From a virus (taxonomy: Duplodnaviria > Caudoviricetes): a DNA stretch of 64,000 nucleotides. The notes under the pieces were generated by a model. The model was not told the origin of the DNA and did not search any database. It worked only from the letters and a program-made list of their open reading frames with translations. The stretch lies in the IMG/VR virus record IMGVR_UViG_3300048598_000287, positions 160,001-224,000 of that record. One strand, written 5' to 3'. Shown here piece by piece: positions 10,541-21,239 of the stretch (position 1 is the stretch's first letter; each line of letters starts with the position of its first letter). Made by a program: the position numbers and the translations under genes.

Positions 10541-11815
10541 TCACAATGCGTGCGGAGTTTGCATCATGTCATTAAGATCGATGACATGCCTTGCATATTT
10601 TTCCGGCGGATTTTTATCACTTCTGGTTTTTACCCACAGTATACGGCCTGCCCGGTATTTTTTAGCAAGGTGAATATCCGGATTGAACTGCATGTCACTC
10701 ACGATAACTATGGCGTCATATCTGGAATGACATTTTTCGAGCATTCTGAACAGGCAATTGCAGTCCGTTCCTCCTCCGGTGGTAGTGGAAAATCGCTTAC
10801 CTGAGACATCGCGTTTATATAGTTTCTTTGGAAGGGTACATTTTGTGTTCCACCAGCAATAATCAAGGGATATTCTTTTTCCAGTGGAAATTATCAATTC
10901 GGCGATCTTTCCTACGGATGATGCCGGCATAGAGTTACTTACATCTCCGGCTATCAATATATTTGACGTATATTCATATCTATGCCCAGGATACATTAGC
11001 CCGAATCGTCTATTGCGTTTCATTCTGGTATCTTCATATCCGCATTCTATTGATTTAGATATGAATCTTTTTATCATTTTTCTGGGGTTTATCTGTTCAT
11101 GAGAAGCGGATATCATGCTTATTGCTCCGGATGATGCCGCATTACCCCATGCAGTGTCTCCTGATATCGCGGCTGAATGAGCTTCCTGAGTTATACATGA
11201 ATCAGATTTCCATTTACCTGCCCTGCTAGTGTCATTTAAGTAAGATGAAAGAGGCGATCCATCGGAATTGCTTTTTGATTCATCAGAGTCATTACCATCG
11301 GAATCTTTTTTACCTGATTCATAGTTTGACAACAGCCTATATAGAATTTCAATACTAACTGAACGGAAATCATAGTCCTTATAAAATTCCGAAAAATAGA
11401 TTCCTCTTATCGTTGATTCCATTTCCGTGACTTTTTTAAGAATCTTGCTATATGCAGGATTATTGACGCCAATGTCACTCATAAGTCCTAATCTAAGCAC
11501 GATAAGGTCGGATGCCTCAAGAGACAGTTTCCTATTGCTATACATTCTATTAGTTACATGCCCTAGCCCTATTCGTACTGCCTCTATATATAATATTACC
11601 GCCATTTCCTGTGGCTCTATTTCCTCTGCAAACTTTTTATTGATCAATATTTTCAGATGTCCGTTATCAACAGAACTGGCAACTGTGGAAACATCTGAAA
11701 ATTCAAATTCGGCGTATCCCAATATTATCTGGGTTATCGGTGCATATCTGAATAATAGATATTTTGCCAGTCTTAGCTGGTATTCTACGTTTTTGCTTGT
11801 GCTTATTGCGTTCAT
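10541..11815 (-). CDS. VWA-like domain / DUF2201 putative metallopeptidase
   Basis: EAVRIGLGH N-domain, MIDAS DVSNSM, GGGTD, IVSDM. Confidence 0.8.
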   Translation of the reverse strand: MNAISTSKNVEYQLRLAKYLLFRYAPITQIILGYAEFEFSDVSTVASSVDNGHLKILINKKFAEEIEPQEMAVILYIEAVRIGLGHVTNRMYSNRKLSLEASDLIVLRLGLMSDIGVNNPAYSKILKKVTEMESTIRGIYFSEFYKDYDFRSVSIEILYRLLSNYESGKKDSDGNDSDESKSNSDGSPLSSYLNDTSRAGKWKSDSCITQEAHSAAISGDTAWGNAASSGAISMISASHEQINPRKMIKRFISKSIECGYEDTRMKRNRRFGLMYPGHRYEYTSNILIAGDVSNSMPASSVGKIAELIISTGKRISLDYCWWNTKCTLPKKLYKRDVSGKRFSTTTGGGTDCNCLFRMLEKCHSRYDAIVIVSDMQFNPDIHLAKKYRAGRILWVKTRSDKNPPEKYARHVIDLNDMMQTPHAL

Positions 11816-12080
11816 ATTTTATCTTTTCTTGCTTTTTAAGAAAAATATATTCTTTGGATGACAATCCGGCGAAATAATATGACCTGCATTTTCCCATGCG
11901 GAGGAGAAGAAGGTGACATATATGATGTTCCTTCATTGTTAAATCAATTAAATTGACTTTTTTGTTACTTCCTCCGCATGACCTGGGGATGATATGATGC
12001 ATTTCGCATGGCTCCCCATAAACGAATTCTCTTTTCTTCGCCCTAGTTATTATTTCATTATATATTTTTTCCGCGTTCAT
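11703..12080 (-). CDS. Small HNH endonuclease-family protein
   Basis: EMHHIIPRSCGGSN..NLIDLT.KEH..CH motif. Confidence 0.8.
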   Translation of the reverse strand: MNAEKIYNEIITRAKKREFVYGEPCEMHHIIPRSCGGSNKKVNLIDLTMKEHHICHLLLLRMGKCRSYYFAGLSSKEYIFLKKQEKIKYERNKHKQKRRIPAKTGKISIIQICTDNPDNIGIRRI

Positions 12081-12091
12081 TACGACGCGGC

Positions 12092-13057
12092 CTATTTATT
12101 GTATGTATATCTTGATGAATCAAAATTAGTTTCTACTCCCAATGCGGCAAGCGCATCAAGAGCATGCAGAATCTTTCCTGGATAATCAAGAGACTCTACC
12201 ATGCTTGGATTGATCGATATGGCATCCTGACGGCTCATTTCTCCGTCGGCGACCGCTCTGTAAAGCATAGGAACACTCCATGATTTACCAAGTTTTGACG
12301 TTAATCCTATGCCTCCATTATAACATGCGAACGCATATCGTATATCCCCTTCGCTATGATTATCGCGTCCATCACTTAGCACGGCATTTGACCTATCAGT
12401 CGTATACATTATTCTCAAAAGATATGCCGCTGCAGCGGAAGCCGCCTGTTCTACATTTTCAGGATCGTTCATTTCAGCAGGGTTAAGTCCGAATTGCGTT
12501 GCATATTTCCGGGCGTCTATAAGCGCACTGTCGCCCATCTGAGCGATCCCCTTATATCCTCTAGGGTTATATGGAGCAGGATTGAAATTGCTTTCAACAA
12601 GCATAAGCGCGACAAGTTCAGCCTTTCCCACCTTATATTTATTTGTTACCTTTGCAACTCTATCTACCGCATCATATACACGTTTCACATATGCCGCATT
12701 AGAATCGGAATCATTTTGGCATTTATATTTTCCACAAAGATTATCCATTATGAATTTTCTTATCGCCGTCTCATCCTCGCTAGCCGGTCGTGTTATTTCC
12801 TGAGTCTGTTCCGCCGGACTAGTCTCATTATACAATGCAGCTGTAGGGAACAGGGTAGACATCCCGATGAGTCCTGCGGCGGCAAGCTGTTTTGCCCTTG
12901 GATGTGACTTAAGAAAACTGTCCTTATCATATAGTGAACGTATCCTATCGGAAATGCCATTTTCATATATTGCACTATATAGATTGCACACTGCCTCATA
13001 CTGCGCTTCTGATAGATTAAGCTTCCTTATGCTTTCAAACAATAATTCTTCGTTCAT
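12092..13057 (-). CDS. Lytic transglycosylase (SLT domain) with N-terminal leader
   Basis: ALMLVESNFNP, GIAQM and ACYNGG SLT motifs. Confidence 0.85.
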   Translation of the reverse strand: MNEELLFESIRKLNLSEAQYEAVCNLYSAIYENGISDRIRSLYDKDSFLKSHPRAKQLAAAGLIGMSTLFPTAALYNETSPAEQTQEITRPASEDETAIRKFIMDNLCGKYKCQNDSDSNAAYVKRVYDAVDRVAKVTNKYKVGKAELVALMLVESNFNPAPYNPRGYKGIAQMGDSALIDARKYATQFGLNPAEMNDPENVEQAASAAAAYLLRIMYTTDRSNAVLSDGRDNHSEGDIRYAFACYNGGIGLTSKLGKSWSVPMLYRAVADGEMSRQDAISINPSMVESLDYPGKILHALDALAALGVETNFDSSRYTYNK

Positions 13058-13084
13058 TATCCCGCCATATATCGCGTCAATATC

Positions 13085-13162
13085 AGTTTATATAAGATTT
13101 GTGGAATTCATCTCTCCGGACTAAAGTCCGGGTATATTCTTTTGTAAATCTTATATAAACTA
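13085..13162. promoter_or_regulatory. Divergent late promoters flanking an IS200/605-end-like hairpin (ccggactaaagtccgg)
   Basis: agtttatataagattt...aaatcttatataaact inverted repeat; 13104-13162 is homologous to 40352-40410. Confidence 0.7.
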
Positions 13163-13185
13163 GATAGTGAAACAAGAGAATATAT

Positions 13186-14745
13186 ATGAAACCCTTCTAT
13201 TATGTAAGGACAATAGAAAAAATCCTTATCGGATTAATAGACATGTTCAACAACATGTACGTCAATAAATATGACGATATGTCTAGAACTACATATTCAA
13301 GAAGTGTAAAGATACCTATAATAACGCATAATAACGCTAATTTTACGAATTTCTGGTCCATTACACAATACAAGCAGCTTACCGTACCATATCCAATAGG
13401 GGCAATCCGGTTTGTGTCGAACAGCATGGATTCAACTAACCGCCCTCAACCAGCATATGCGAGAGAGATATTCTCGACTTCCAAAGACAAATGGATACGG
13501 GACATACAGCCTACCCCATATGTGTTTAACTTCGAATTACAGTTTCTGGCAGACAATATATCAGATCTTTTCCAGATAAAAGAGAGCATAGAGCCATATT
13601 TCAATGAATACAGGACAATAGTAATAAAGGAATGGGACTTCGCCCCAGAAATTTCTAGACCGGTTGTCATCCATCTGTTAGGAAACACCACTGAATTAAC
13701 AGAGGAAATAACGGATGCCGATGCCGCGCAGCAGATATATAAAGTGTCATACAATCTAGTAGCATATGGGGTATACCATCGTCCTTATGAGCATCCCGAA
13801 ATGATAAAATATGCTGAAATGAACTTCAACATAAATGAGGATTTAATCCATCGTGAACAGATTCTTGTATATCCGAATGAAATAATAGAGCAGAAAAAAA
13901 AGCTATGGGAAACGGTATGCCCCACTATCAGGGACGGATATTCCATCCTGCATACGCTTTCAACTACGCTAATGGCAAAACAAAATTCCGAAGGTAATGA
14001 TTATTACGAAGATATTTCTTTGAAACAGCTTCTGCTATATGATAAATATATTAGTTCGACATATCATGAGGATCAGAAACAATGCGGGGATGCCTCTTAT
14101 GATGCTTCCGGACTGCCGGTATATACATATTGCGAATCAGTTGTGGATGACATAACCAAGCCTTCAGAGGTGCCATCATTCAATCTCCTTAAATTAAATT
14201 TTGACTATGATTCCGGAACTGAAGCTGACCTTAGCGGGTTCGGAAGGGATTTTGTAGCAGTCAATGATGATACCCGGGAATTCGTTCCTAGCATGGCTCC
14301 GGGAAATGGGCAGAAAATAACCGGTGGATACGCCGTAGGAGACGCCGTTGATTGGAGTAAGATTCTGAATTGGTTCGGAGATAACGCGTCAGGGGACGTG
14401 GAATCATCATATACATTCAAGGCGACACTACAGTTCGTGGAAGAATCGCCAGGGGATACTATTTTTCAGTATCTAAGTAATGATGAAGTCGCCCTTTCAG
14501 ACGGGACGACAATACCGGAAGGAGAAGTATTCTTCGACTGGGGAATGATGAATGGAAGACTGTATTTCACCTATCATACATCATCAAAATTCAAAACGTT
14601 TATCTCTGATGCGATTGATCCGAATAATCAGACGATATATTCTTTCTATTTCGCATTGTATAATAATGGAGACAATGGAATATTCGGGGTAAAGACTAAT
14701 CTGAGCGATACAATGATAGTGCTCAATACCATAGAAACTACTTAA
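13186..14745 (+). CDS. Tail sheath stabiliser/terminator (T4 gp15-like) with C-terminal extension
   Basis: FYYVRTIEKILIGLIDMFNNMYV, VKIPI, PTPYVFNFEL and QIKESIEPYF match the gp15 pattern. Confidence 0.75.
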   Translation: MKPFYYVRTIEKILIGLIDMFNNMYVNKYDDMSRTTYSRSVKIPIITHNNANFTNFWSITQYKQLTVPYPIGAIRFVSNSMDSTNRPQPAYAREIFSTSKDKWIRDIQPTPYVFNFELQFLADNISDLFQIKESIEPYFNEYRTIVIKEWDFAPEISRPVVIHLLGNTTELTEEITDADAAQQIYKVSYNLVAYGVYHRPYEHPEMIKYAEMNFNINEDLIHREQILVYPNEIIEQKKKLWETVCPTIRDGYSILHTLSTTLMAKQNSEGNDYYEDISLKQLLLYDKYISSTYHEDQKQCGDASYDASGLPVYTYCESVVDDITKPSEVPSFNLLKLNFDYDSGTEADLSGFGRDFVAVNDDTREFVPSMAPGNGQKITGGYAVGDAVDWSKILNWFGDNASGDVESSYTFKATLQFVEESPGDTIFQYLSNDEVALSDGTTIPEGEVFFDWGMMNGRLYFTYHTSSKFKTFISDAIDPNNQTIYSFYFALYNNGDNGIFGVKTNLSDTMIVLNTIETT

Positions 14746-14761
14746 TGTTGGAGGATGATAG

Positions 14762-15133
14762 ATGCGTTTGCCATTCAATTCGTATATATGTAAGCTTGAC
14801 ATGCCCAATGAATTGCAACATGCCGTGATAGATCTGCGCAAACTATGCATGGAATCGGAAGATACAAAACAGTTATCGGAAGAAATTACTTCTGAAGAAA
14901 GCGCAATGATTAACGCAATAGGAAGAGACATTGTACGGAAAGTGACTGAATATATGAATGAACATGCGGAAAGCTTAGCCGATGTGGAGAAATACATGAA
15001 TACGCTATTCAATGAAAGATCTGGCGAGCTGAAGAAAAACTCAGCAAAAGGCGATAAATATGTCGATATGCTCAAGAATTCATTATGCAGTTTTCTTAAA
15101 ACGGCAGGCATAAATCCTGATCTTATAAACTAG
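14762..15133 (+). CDS. Leader-family protein (putative internal head protein)
   Basis: FNSYICKLDMPNELQHAVIDLRKLCME|SE; GGAGG RBS. Confidence 0.7.
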   Translation: MRLPFNSYICKLDMPNELQHAVIDLRKLCMESEDTKQLSEEITSEESAMINAIGRDIVRKVTEYMNEHAESLADVEKYMNTLFNERSGELKKNSAKGDKYVDMLKNSLCSFLKTAGINPDLIN

Positions 15134-15155
15134 ATATATCATAACATCAGGTGAA

Positions 15156-15605
15156 ATGATGAAGGAACTATTCGAATCTTATATAGGTAAGCTTACCATA
15201 CCGGAAACGCTAAAACAGTCAATCATAGACATACATAAAATATGTCTTGAAGCAGAGGAACTTACTCCGGAAGACGAGCAAAAAATGACTGACGTGCCCG
15301 CACCCGGGGACAATTCAGAGGATCCTGCAAAACCGATACGTGATGTGGGAAATCAAATAGTAAATGATGTCAATACCGCTTTTGTAAACCATAAAGGAAA
15401 CGAAGATTTTGATTATAAAACCGCAATCATTGATTCAGTAAAAAGTAAAAAACCCAAAATAGACGAATGTTTAAAACTAAACAAAAACGCATTGACGGCA
15501 ATAGCGACAATAATAGACCGGCAGACTAAGCAGATGGCTGGAGGAAACCGAGTTACATTGGATGAACTTACAAATGCGCTTGGATATCAGCAAAGTAAAG
15601 AATAA
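15156..15605 (+). CDS. Leader-family protein (putative internal head protein)
   Basis: FESYIGKLTIPETLKQSIIDIHKICLE|AE; late promoter 15124-15132. Confidence 0.7.
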   Translation: MMKELFESYIGKLTIPETLKQSIIDIHKICLEAEELTPEDEQKMTDVPAPGDNSEDPAKPIRDVGNQIVNDVNTAFVNHKGNEDFDYKTAIIDSVKSKKPKIDECLKLNKNALTAIATIIDRQTKQMAGGNRVTLDELTNALGYQQSKE

Positions 15606-15690
15606 TTTACATAATTTAATGAATCGCCACTGAGTTAGTTATATTCAGTGGAATACCTTCACAAATCTTATATAAACTAGTATCAGATAT

Positions 15691-17802
15691 ATGTCTTACG
15701 GGTACATAATGGGCTCCATATTTGAACATTCAATCAATAACCTTGGTATTCCTGAATATTTAAAAACCGCAGTTAAAACCATACGCAAAATATGTATGGA
15801 AGCCGAAGAAGCATCCGGAAATAGTAAAGAATTGGCAAAACAAGAAGAAACACTGCTAAATAATATAAAAAACGTAGTCGTGAATGGAAGCGATCTAAAT
15901 CAATATAATAAAGCAAAAAAAGAATTAATTGACTTTTATACTAAGACAGGAAATCATACAGCAATTAATGCGTATAATACCAATGTAGAAGCAAAGAAAA
16001 CTAATAAAGATATAGAAACCGCATTAAATTCAATGATTTATTCTGCTAGATCAGCGCAGTCAGAAAATATGCAGACCGCACCTGCTACGGCATATTCAAA
16101 TAATAAGACCGGAATAATCGTTTCGACAATAAACGGAAATAAAATAACTGTATATCCGAACGGAACCTCGTATATAAATGGCAATGAAACCGATAAGGCA
16201 ACGGCAACAAAAGCATTGGTGAATGCAGTTAAAATGGCTAATATAAATAAGGCAAAGGCAAAGATGCCCGCATTGGATGAAAACGGAACTCTTCCGGCAG
16301 GTGACCAGTTCATCTATATAAAGGGAGAAAAAATATTCACATCCATTCCATCAGATAAGCAGAAATGGAATAATGTAAAATCTGCGTCAGACGCATATAT
16401 GGCAGAAATGGATAACATCATAACGCCGGCTAAATATGCATTGACTTATCTAGGAGAGGCCAATGCTATTCCTGCAGAAGTTGCACAGACTTCCGCAGGA
16501 GAACCATCAGCGCAGTCAAAGGAGAATAATAAGGTAACTAATCAGAAACCCGATGTAGTAAACCCCGCATCCGGAAAATCAACGAATGCAGCCCAGCCTA
16601 AAAAGGAAATGCGTGAAAATAAATATTCTCCGGTGCAAGTAAAGATGGTGCAGATGCTTCTTAATAATGACAAGTATCATAATTTCCTAGATACTGATGG
16701 AATTATAGGAGAAAACACCTCTGGTGCAGTAGAATTTGCTAAAAATCTAGATGCCGACGGTAAATTCGGTCCTAAAACCGATGCCGCATTCAAGGAACTG
16801 CTCAAAGAAGCTACCGATTTGGTTAAAAATAAGCAGTCCGATCTTAACAAAAATAATAAAGCCGGGATAAAAGAAGATGGGCTGCTTGGTCAAGATACCA
16901 TAAATGCGCTTAAAAAAGCTGGAATAAATGATCCGCAGACCATATTCGGAATAAATCCTGACGCTACGGAAAAAGATGAAACTAAGGAAGAAGATAAATC
17001 TGTGAATGTAGGTAATCCATCGGCGAAAGACTGGCGGCATTCTGAAGAAGCTAAAGCCCATAAAGTTGAAACTGATTTTCTGAATAGTGTTCCTAACACT
17101 ATATCTGCTATGTCCGCCGACAACTCAGTAAAGGAAGACCTTAAAAAGAAATACTCAGCCGCGTTAATTACATTGAGAAACAATATAAGTGCAACTGTAA
17201 AAGAGGAGTCAACACCAGAAATTGCTGCCGGACAGATTCTATATTATCTAAATAGTGGAGTAAAAGGCGGACTATCGTATGAACAGATGTATGACCAGCT
17301 CAAAGAAGATCATATATTAGGTAAATACGTAAGCTCAGGAACAAAGGATCTGAAGAAGAGTCTTCTCCAGCTGACCGATATATGTGAAAAAATAAATCCC
17401 AAAAATGAGCCAGTAGAAGATTCACGAAACCGAGCGGCTGAATCAGTGAACGGGCAGCATGCAAATAGTGCAGAGCCAACCAAAGCATCCGGAGAAAAGG
17501 CAAAAAATCTAGCAAATAGATCATGGGGAGATTTCTTCGAACATCCAGAAAAATATCCAAAAGACTATGCAGGGAAAATAAAGACTGCCACCGAAATGTT
17601 TGCCAAAGATGCCGATTCTAACACAAATGGAACGGATTATACGAAAAGCGCATTAGAATATGCCACAAATAACATGTCATTCAGACGCCCTGACGGAACT
17701 ATTTCATATATGGGAATATCCAATGATGAGCAAACTGCTAGAAGTCAGTTCATTGATGACATGAATGCCATTGTTAAATCTTCTGCCAACGGGGTTAAAT
17801 AA
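15691..17802 (+). CDS. Leader-family protein with peptidoglycan-binding (PG_binding_1-like) repeats
   Basis: Leader ...TIRKICME|AE; LDTDGIIGENT, LDADGKFGPKT, IKEDGLLGQDT; late promoter 15671-15679. Confidence 0.75.
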   Translation: MSYGYIMGSIFEHSINNLGIPEYLKTAVKTIRKICMEAEEASGNSKELAKQEETLLNNIKNVVVNGSDLNQYNKAKKELIDFYTKTGNHTAINAYNTNVEAKKTNKDIETALNSMIYSARSAQSENMQTAPATAYSNNKTGIIVSTINGNKITVYPNGTSYINGNETDKATATKALVNAVKMANINKAKAKMPALDENGTLPAGDQFIYIKGEKIFTSIPSDKQKWNNVKSASDAYMAEMDNIITPAKYALTYLGEANAIPAEVAQTSAGEPSAQSKENNKVTNQKPDVVNPASGKSTNAAQPKKEMRENKYSPVQVKMVQMLLNNDKYHNFLDTDGIIGENTSGAVEFAKNLDADGKFGPKTDAAFKELLKEATDLVKNKQSDLNKNNKAGIKEDGLLGQDTINALKKAGINDPQTIFGINPDATEKDETKEEDKSVNVGNPSAKDWRHSEEAKAHKVETDFLNSVPNTISAMSADNSVKEDLKKKYSAALITLRNNISATVKEESTPEIAAGQILYYLNSGVKGGLSYEQMYDQLKEDHILGKYVSSGTKDLKKSLLQLTDICEKINPKNEPVEDSRNRAAESVNGQHANSAEPTKASGEKAKNLANRSWGDFFEHPEKYPKDYAGKIKTATEMFAKDADSNTNGTDYTKSALEYATNNMSFRRPDGTISYMGISNDEQTARSQFIDDMNAIVKSSANGVK

Positions 17803-18477
17803 ATGGCATCGATGTTCGATACATATGTGTCTAAACTAGATATGCCGAAGTATTTTCTGGAATCAGTGATATGCCTTAGAAAAATATGCATGGAGGCTGA
17901 TGATGTAGTTCAGTCAGACACGGGTGGAAAAGTAGTGCAAAATAAATCAGCATCAACTACTAATGATATCCCAAGAAAGGCTTCCGGAAAACCGGAACAG
18001 CCAGTTAAATCAGGAAATGAACCATCCACCGCTACAGTAAATTCTGACATAAAGACTTCAGGCAATGTAGAAACTACACCGGAAAATCAAAAGGAAACCC
18101 AGGCAGCAGATAAAGATTCTACGGCTGGAAAGGAACCATCAGATAAAAATGCCGAAGATAAAGATAAAAAGTCAGGCGATAATATAATAACAGCAGATAA
18201 ACTAGATGGAGACAAATTGCTAACGATGTTCAATCAATTTGCCGGCGCACGGCAGGCTGACGTTAACAAAGCACTTATGCAGGCATGCGGAGATCAGAAT
18301 GCAAAAACTATAATAGAGCATGCAAAAAGCTATCAAAAGTCGCATGAACCGATCGATGTTAATCAACAATTCAGTCCATGGATGAAAACTGGAGATGGAA
18401 AACAGCTTGATAAACAAGAAGCCATCCATCTTATTACCAATATACTTAAATATTATGGATTAAAATCAACTAAATGA
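17803..18477 (+). CDS. Leader-family protein (putative internal head protein)
   Basis: FDTYVSKLDMPKYFLESVICLRKICME|AD. Confidence 0.7.
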   Translation: MASMFDTYVSKLDMPKYFLESVICLRKICMEADDVVQSDTGGKVVQNKSASTTNDIPRKASGKPEQPVKSGNEPSTATVNSDIKTSGNVETTPENQKETQAADKDSTAGKEPSDKNAEDKDKKSGDNIITADKLDGDKLLTMFNQFAGARQADVNKALMQACGDQNAKTIIEHAKSYQKSHEPIDVNQQFSPWMKTGDGKQLDKQEAIHLITNILKYYGLKSTK

Positions 18478-18944
18478 CAAGCGCAAAATATATATACATA
18501 GCAGCAAACAACATGGCTGACCATCCACTGTACAAGAAAAGCTTCATTCTCGGTGAAGCAGATGATTTGCGCATCCGCCAGATGCAGTATAACAAAATGC
18601 AGAAGGGATTTCAAAAAGTCCACACCGGAGATTTAATATCAATGGACGGGCAAGATAGCCTTCCCTTTCCATTTATCGATTGTATGAAATTTCTTATAGA
18701 AGTGCCCCATAGTAATTCAAAAAACAGACATGATACACTGATCCATTCAATGCTGACGCATGAAAAGCCATTCACGGACTTCATATATAACGTGAAAGAT
18801 AAATCATTGATGAATACCAAGGAAGCATATGCGTTCTATAATTCTTACGATTTCATTAGGGATATAGAAAGAATCAAGGAATTCATAATAGACCGTCTTA
18901 CCGACGGTTCAGGATATGCGTTAACTGAATTTAAATATAAATAA
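18474..18944 (+). CDS. Hypothetical protein
   Basis: 156-aa ORF overlapping the upstream stop. Confidence 0.65.
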   Translation: MTSAKYIYIAANNMADHPLYKKSFILGEADDLRIRQMQYNKMQKGFQKVHTGDLISMDGQDSLPFPFIDCMKFLIEVPHSNSKNRHDTLIHSMLTHEKPFTDFIYNVKDKSLMNTKEAYAFYNSYDFIRDIERIKEFIIDRLTDGSGYALTEFKYK

Positions 18945-18951
18945 GGAATGT

Positions 18952-19428
18952 ATGTACGTTAAAATAGTCACCCCGGCTGAAATAAAATCAATATTATCAA
19001 ATGAGGTTCAGATTCATAGATTTCCTATGATTTGTTATGAAAGGATAGATCTCCGGATTTCCGGAAAGACACCTGCACAGATAATGGATGACGCCAAAGC
19101 AATGGCTTATGATGCTAATTGGATGGTATTCATCCATGGCGAAAAAATAATCGGACTTGCATGCGTGAAGATATATTATGAAAAGAAAATAGCCAAAGGG
19201 ATGGAATTTGAAGTGGCTGTAGATGCGAAAGGAAATGGATTTTCAAATCAGATGTTGCAATACATTTTCAAGTTTGCCCTGAAAAATGCATGCATATACC
19301 TTGTTCTAACTGCATTTGATAATTCCGCATATAGCTACTGGAAACATCAGGGATTTTCCGATAGCGATACATCGGATGATAGATGCAAAAACCTGTTCAT
19401 ACGCATTCCAGGATCTATCATGGCATAA
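18952..19428 (+). CDS. GNAT-family acetyltransferase
   Basis: FEVAVDAKGNGFSNQML (motif A) and SAYSYWKHQGF (motif B). Confidence 0.75.
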   Translation: MYVKIVTPAEIKSILSNEVQIHRFPMICYERIDLRISGKTPAQIMDDAKAMAYDANWMVFIHGEKIIGLACVKIYYEKKIAKGMEFEVAVDAKGNGFSNQMLQYIFKFALKNACIYLVLTAFDNSAYSYWKHQGFSDSDTSDDRCKNLFIRIPGSIMA

Positions 19429-19654
19429 GATATTTCACGCATGCTGAAAACAGGGTAAGCAAGAAAATGATTGCCGGAATACATATAATTAACGACCAGC
19501 ATATTTTTCTCTTATTATATATATTTGTTTCAATATTGTACAGCTTAAGATAAACAAGAGTGACAAAAAACTCATTTATCAAAAACATCCCTATCGTTTG
19601 AAAAATATTACGGTATTTGCTTATATTATTTCTTTCCATTCTTATCGATATCAT
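19418..19654 (-). CDS. Small membrane protein
   Basis: 78 aa with two hydrophobic segments; AGGAA RBS. Confidence 0.5.
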   Translation of the reverse strand: MISIRMERNNISKYRNIFQTIGMFLINEFFVTLVYLKLYNIETNIYNKRKICWSLIICIPAIIFLLTLFSACVKYLMP

Positions 19655-19668
19655 ATTTTCCTACCTAA

Positions 19669-20091
19669 TTAAATAGCTATGTATATAAGATCATAATCAG
19701 AAACAACCGGTTTTCCAGAAACATCACGGGCGATCCCTCTTCCTACAGGAAATAAGTTTAAGTTTCGGATGCCAATGCTTTCGCATAGATTTTTAAGACG
19801 TTTACCGTATTTATTAGAGGCACATTTGAAAGTCATTAAAAGTTTGCCGTCCTTTTTTTCAGCAGCGATGCACGTTCCCATTATTGTCTCCGTCCATACC
19901 ATATCTGCACGTATTTTTTTAATCTCCCGCTCAAGCGGAGAATATTCCTGAATTATGTACTTTTTACCATCTATGACGGATTTAACTATATCATCTATAG
20001 CAGATTCCGCATACCATCTTCCGGAAGCTGTTGGATGGGTTGAATCAATAACTTCTCCGGTGAATGCGTAGTCTATTTTAGTTCTTGGCAT
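19669..20091 (-). CDS. Degenerate prohead-protease (gp21-like) paralogue
   Basis: ASGRWY, QEYSP, YGKRLKNL, FPVGRG and VVSDYDLI are colinear with gp21 motifs, but the catalytic His and Ser are absent. Confidence 0.5.
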   Translation of the reverse strand: MPRTKIDYAFTGEVIDSTHPTASGRWYAESAIDDIVKSVIDGKKYIIQEYSPLEREIKKIRADMVWTETIMGTCIAAEKKDGKLLMTFKCASNKYGKRLKNLCESIGIRNLNLFPVGRGIARDVSGKPVVSDYDLIYIAI

Positions 20092-20380
20092 TTTTAACTC
20101 TCCGTATGCAGTCTTCTCCGCATAATATCTCCATACTGCGTTCCATTGCCTTCATCCTTCTTTGCCAGTAATCGCTGATCCCGCGAAGGAATAGCCGCAT
20201 CTGCGGACCGGTGTCCTTATCATTTATCACATCTATCGCATCGCCATAGAATTTTCGGCACATGGCGAATTCTTTGCTAAGCCGGTCTTCATTACCTACG
20301 AGATTATCATACACTTCTTTCTGCTTAGGAGTGAATGATTTCATCAAATTGGATCTTACCTCATCTGTCATATTAGTCAT
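20078..20380 (-). CDS. Hypothetical protein
   Basis: 100-aa ORF within the operon. Confidence 0.65.
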   Translation of the reverse strand: MTNMTDEVRSNLMKSFTPKQKEVYDNLVGNEDRLSKEFAMCRKFYGDAIDVINDKDTGPQMRLFLRGISDYWQRRMKAMERSMEILCGEDCIRRVKNAKN

Positions 20381-20381
20381 A

Positions 20382-21239
20382 TCACTTCCTCATCGGAAAA
20401 TTTTCTATTAAATATTTATGAACGGTCACCGCATCATTTAGATCTTTAAGAAACGTTGAATGCGCATATTTATCTATTGGCCTAGGATGATCTATATGGG
20501 TTATTCCAGATCTAGGAAACCCCATTGCCATCAGGGAAATATTTTCATCATAAAAGCATTCGATTCCTAGAAAGCTGTCCTCTCCTCCCCATCTTCCTGA
20601 AAATATAGAAGAAAACACCTCCGAAATACCATAATATTTCTTATTTATTTCTTTTATTCTTCTAACGGCAAGTGCATTCATTCCAATGTTACATGACCAA
20701 AGAACCGCAGAATCCAAAACAGCGGCTTCATAAGAAACTTCAGATATGTTATCACTGAATATATTAGGATATTTATTATGTTCACGCTGGTCAGAAAATC
20801 CTAGAACGGCATCATTTCGCTTTCCGCAAACAACTGATGGAGAATCCTTTGGGAGGAATTTGTTATATCCCTCTATTATACAGCATTCAGGAATGCAATC
20901 GCCGTCTATGCATACGATACGGTCGCATCCATCAGAAATAGCCTTATCAATGCAAACATTCCGGCAGAATCCAGAAAGGAAATACGGCATTCCTGCAGTC
21001 ATCATTGGACGGCGAAGTCCACACGGAACGTCATAATTTTCAATTAGATTGATGAAATCAAATCCAGAATCATGTATTATATTTCTAGCCGTACTAACAT
21101 CAGATTCGACATCTCTGTCCATCAGGTAATATATTGCATCTGGGCGTAATGTCATATCAGATATTTTGCCTATGATGTAAGGCAGATATCGTATCTGGCC
21201 TTTACTTATGATTATTAATCCGGTCATTTCAGAATACAA
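20382..21239 (-). CDS. Glycosyltransferase family 2
   Basis: CRN..I, CIDGDCIP, WSCN, WGGED. Confidence 0.8.
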   Translation of the reverse strand: MYSEMTGLIIISKGQIRYLPYIIGKISDMTLRPDAIYYLMDRDVESDVSTARNIIHDSGFDFINLIENYDVPCGLRRPMMTAGMPYFLSGFCRNVCIDKAISDGCDRIVCIDGDCIPECCIIEGYNKFLPKDSPSVVCGKRNDAVLGFSDQREHNKYPNIFSDNISEVSYEAAVLDSAVLWSCNIGMNALAVRRIKEINKKYYGISEVFSSIFSGRWGGEDSFLGIECFYDENISLMAMGFPRSGITHIDHPRPIDKYAHSTFLKDLNDAVTVHKYLIENFPMRK

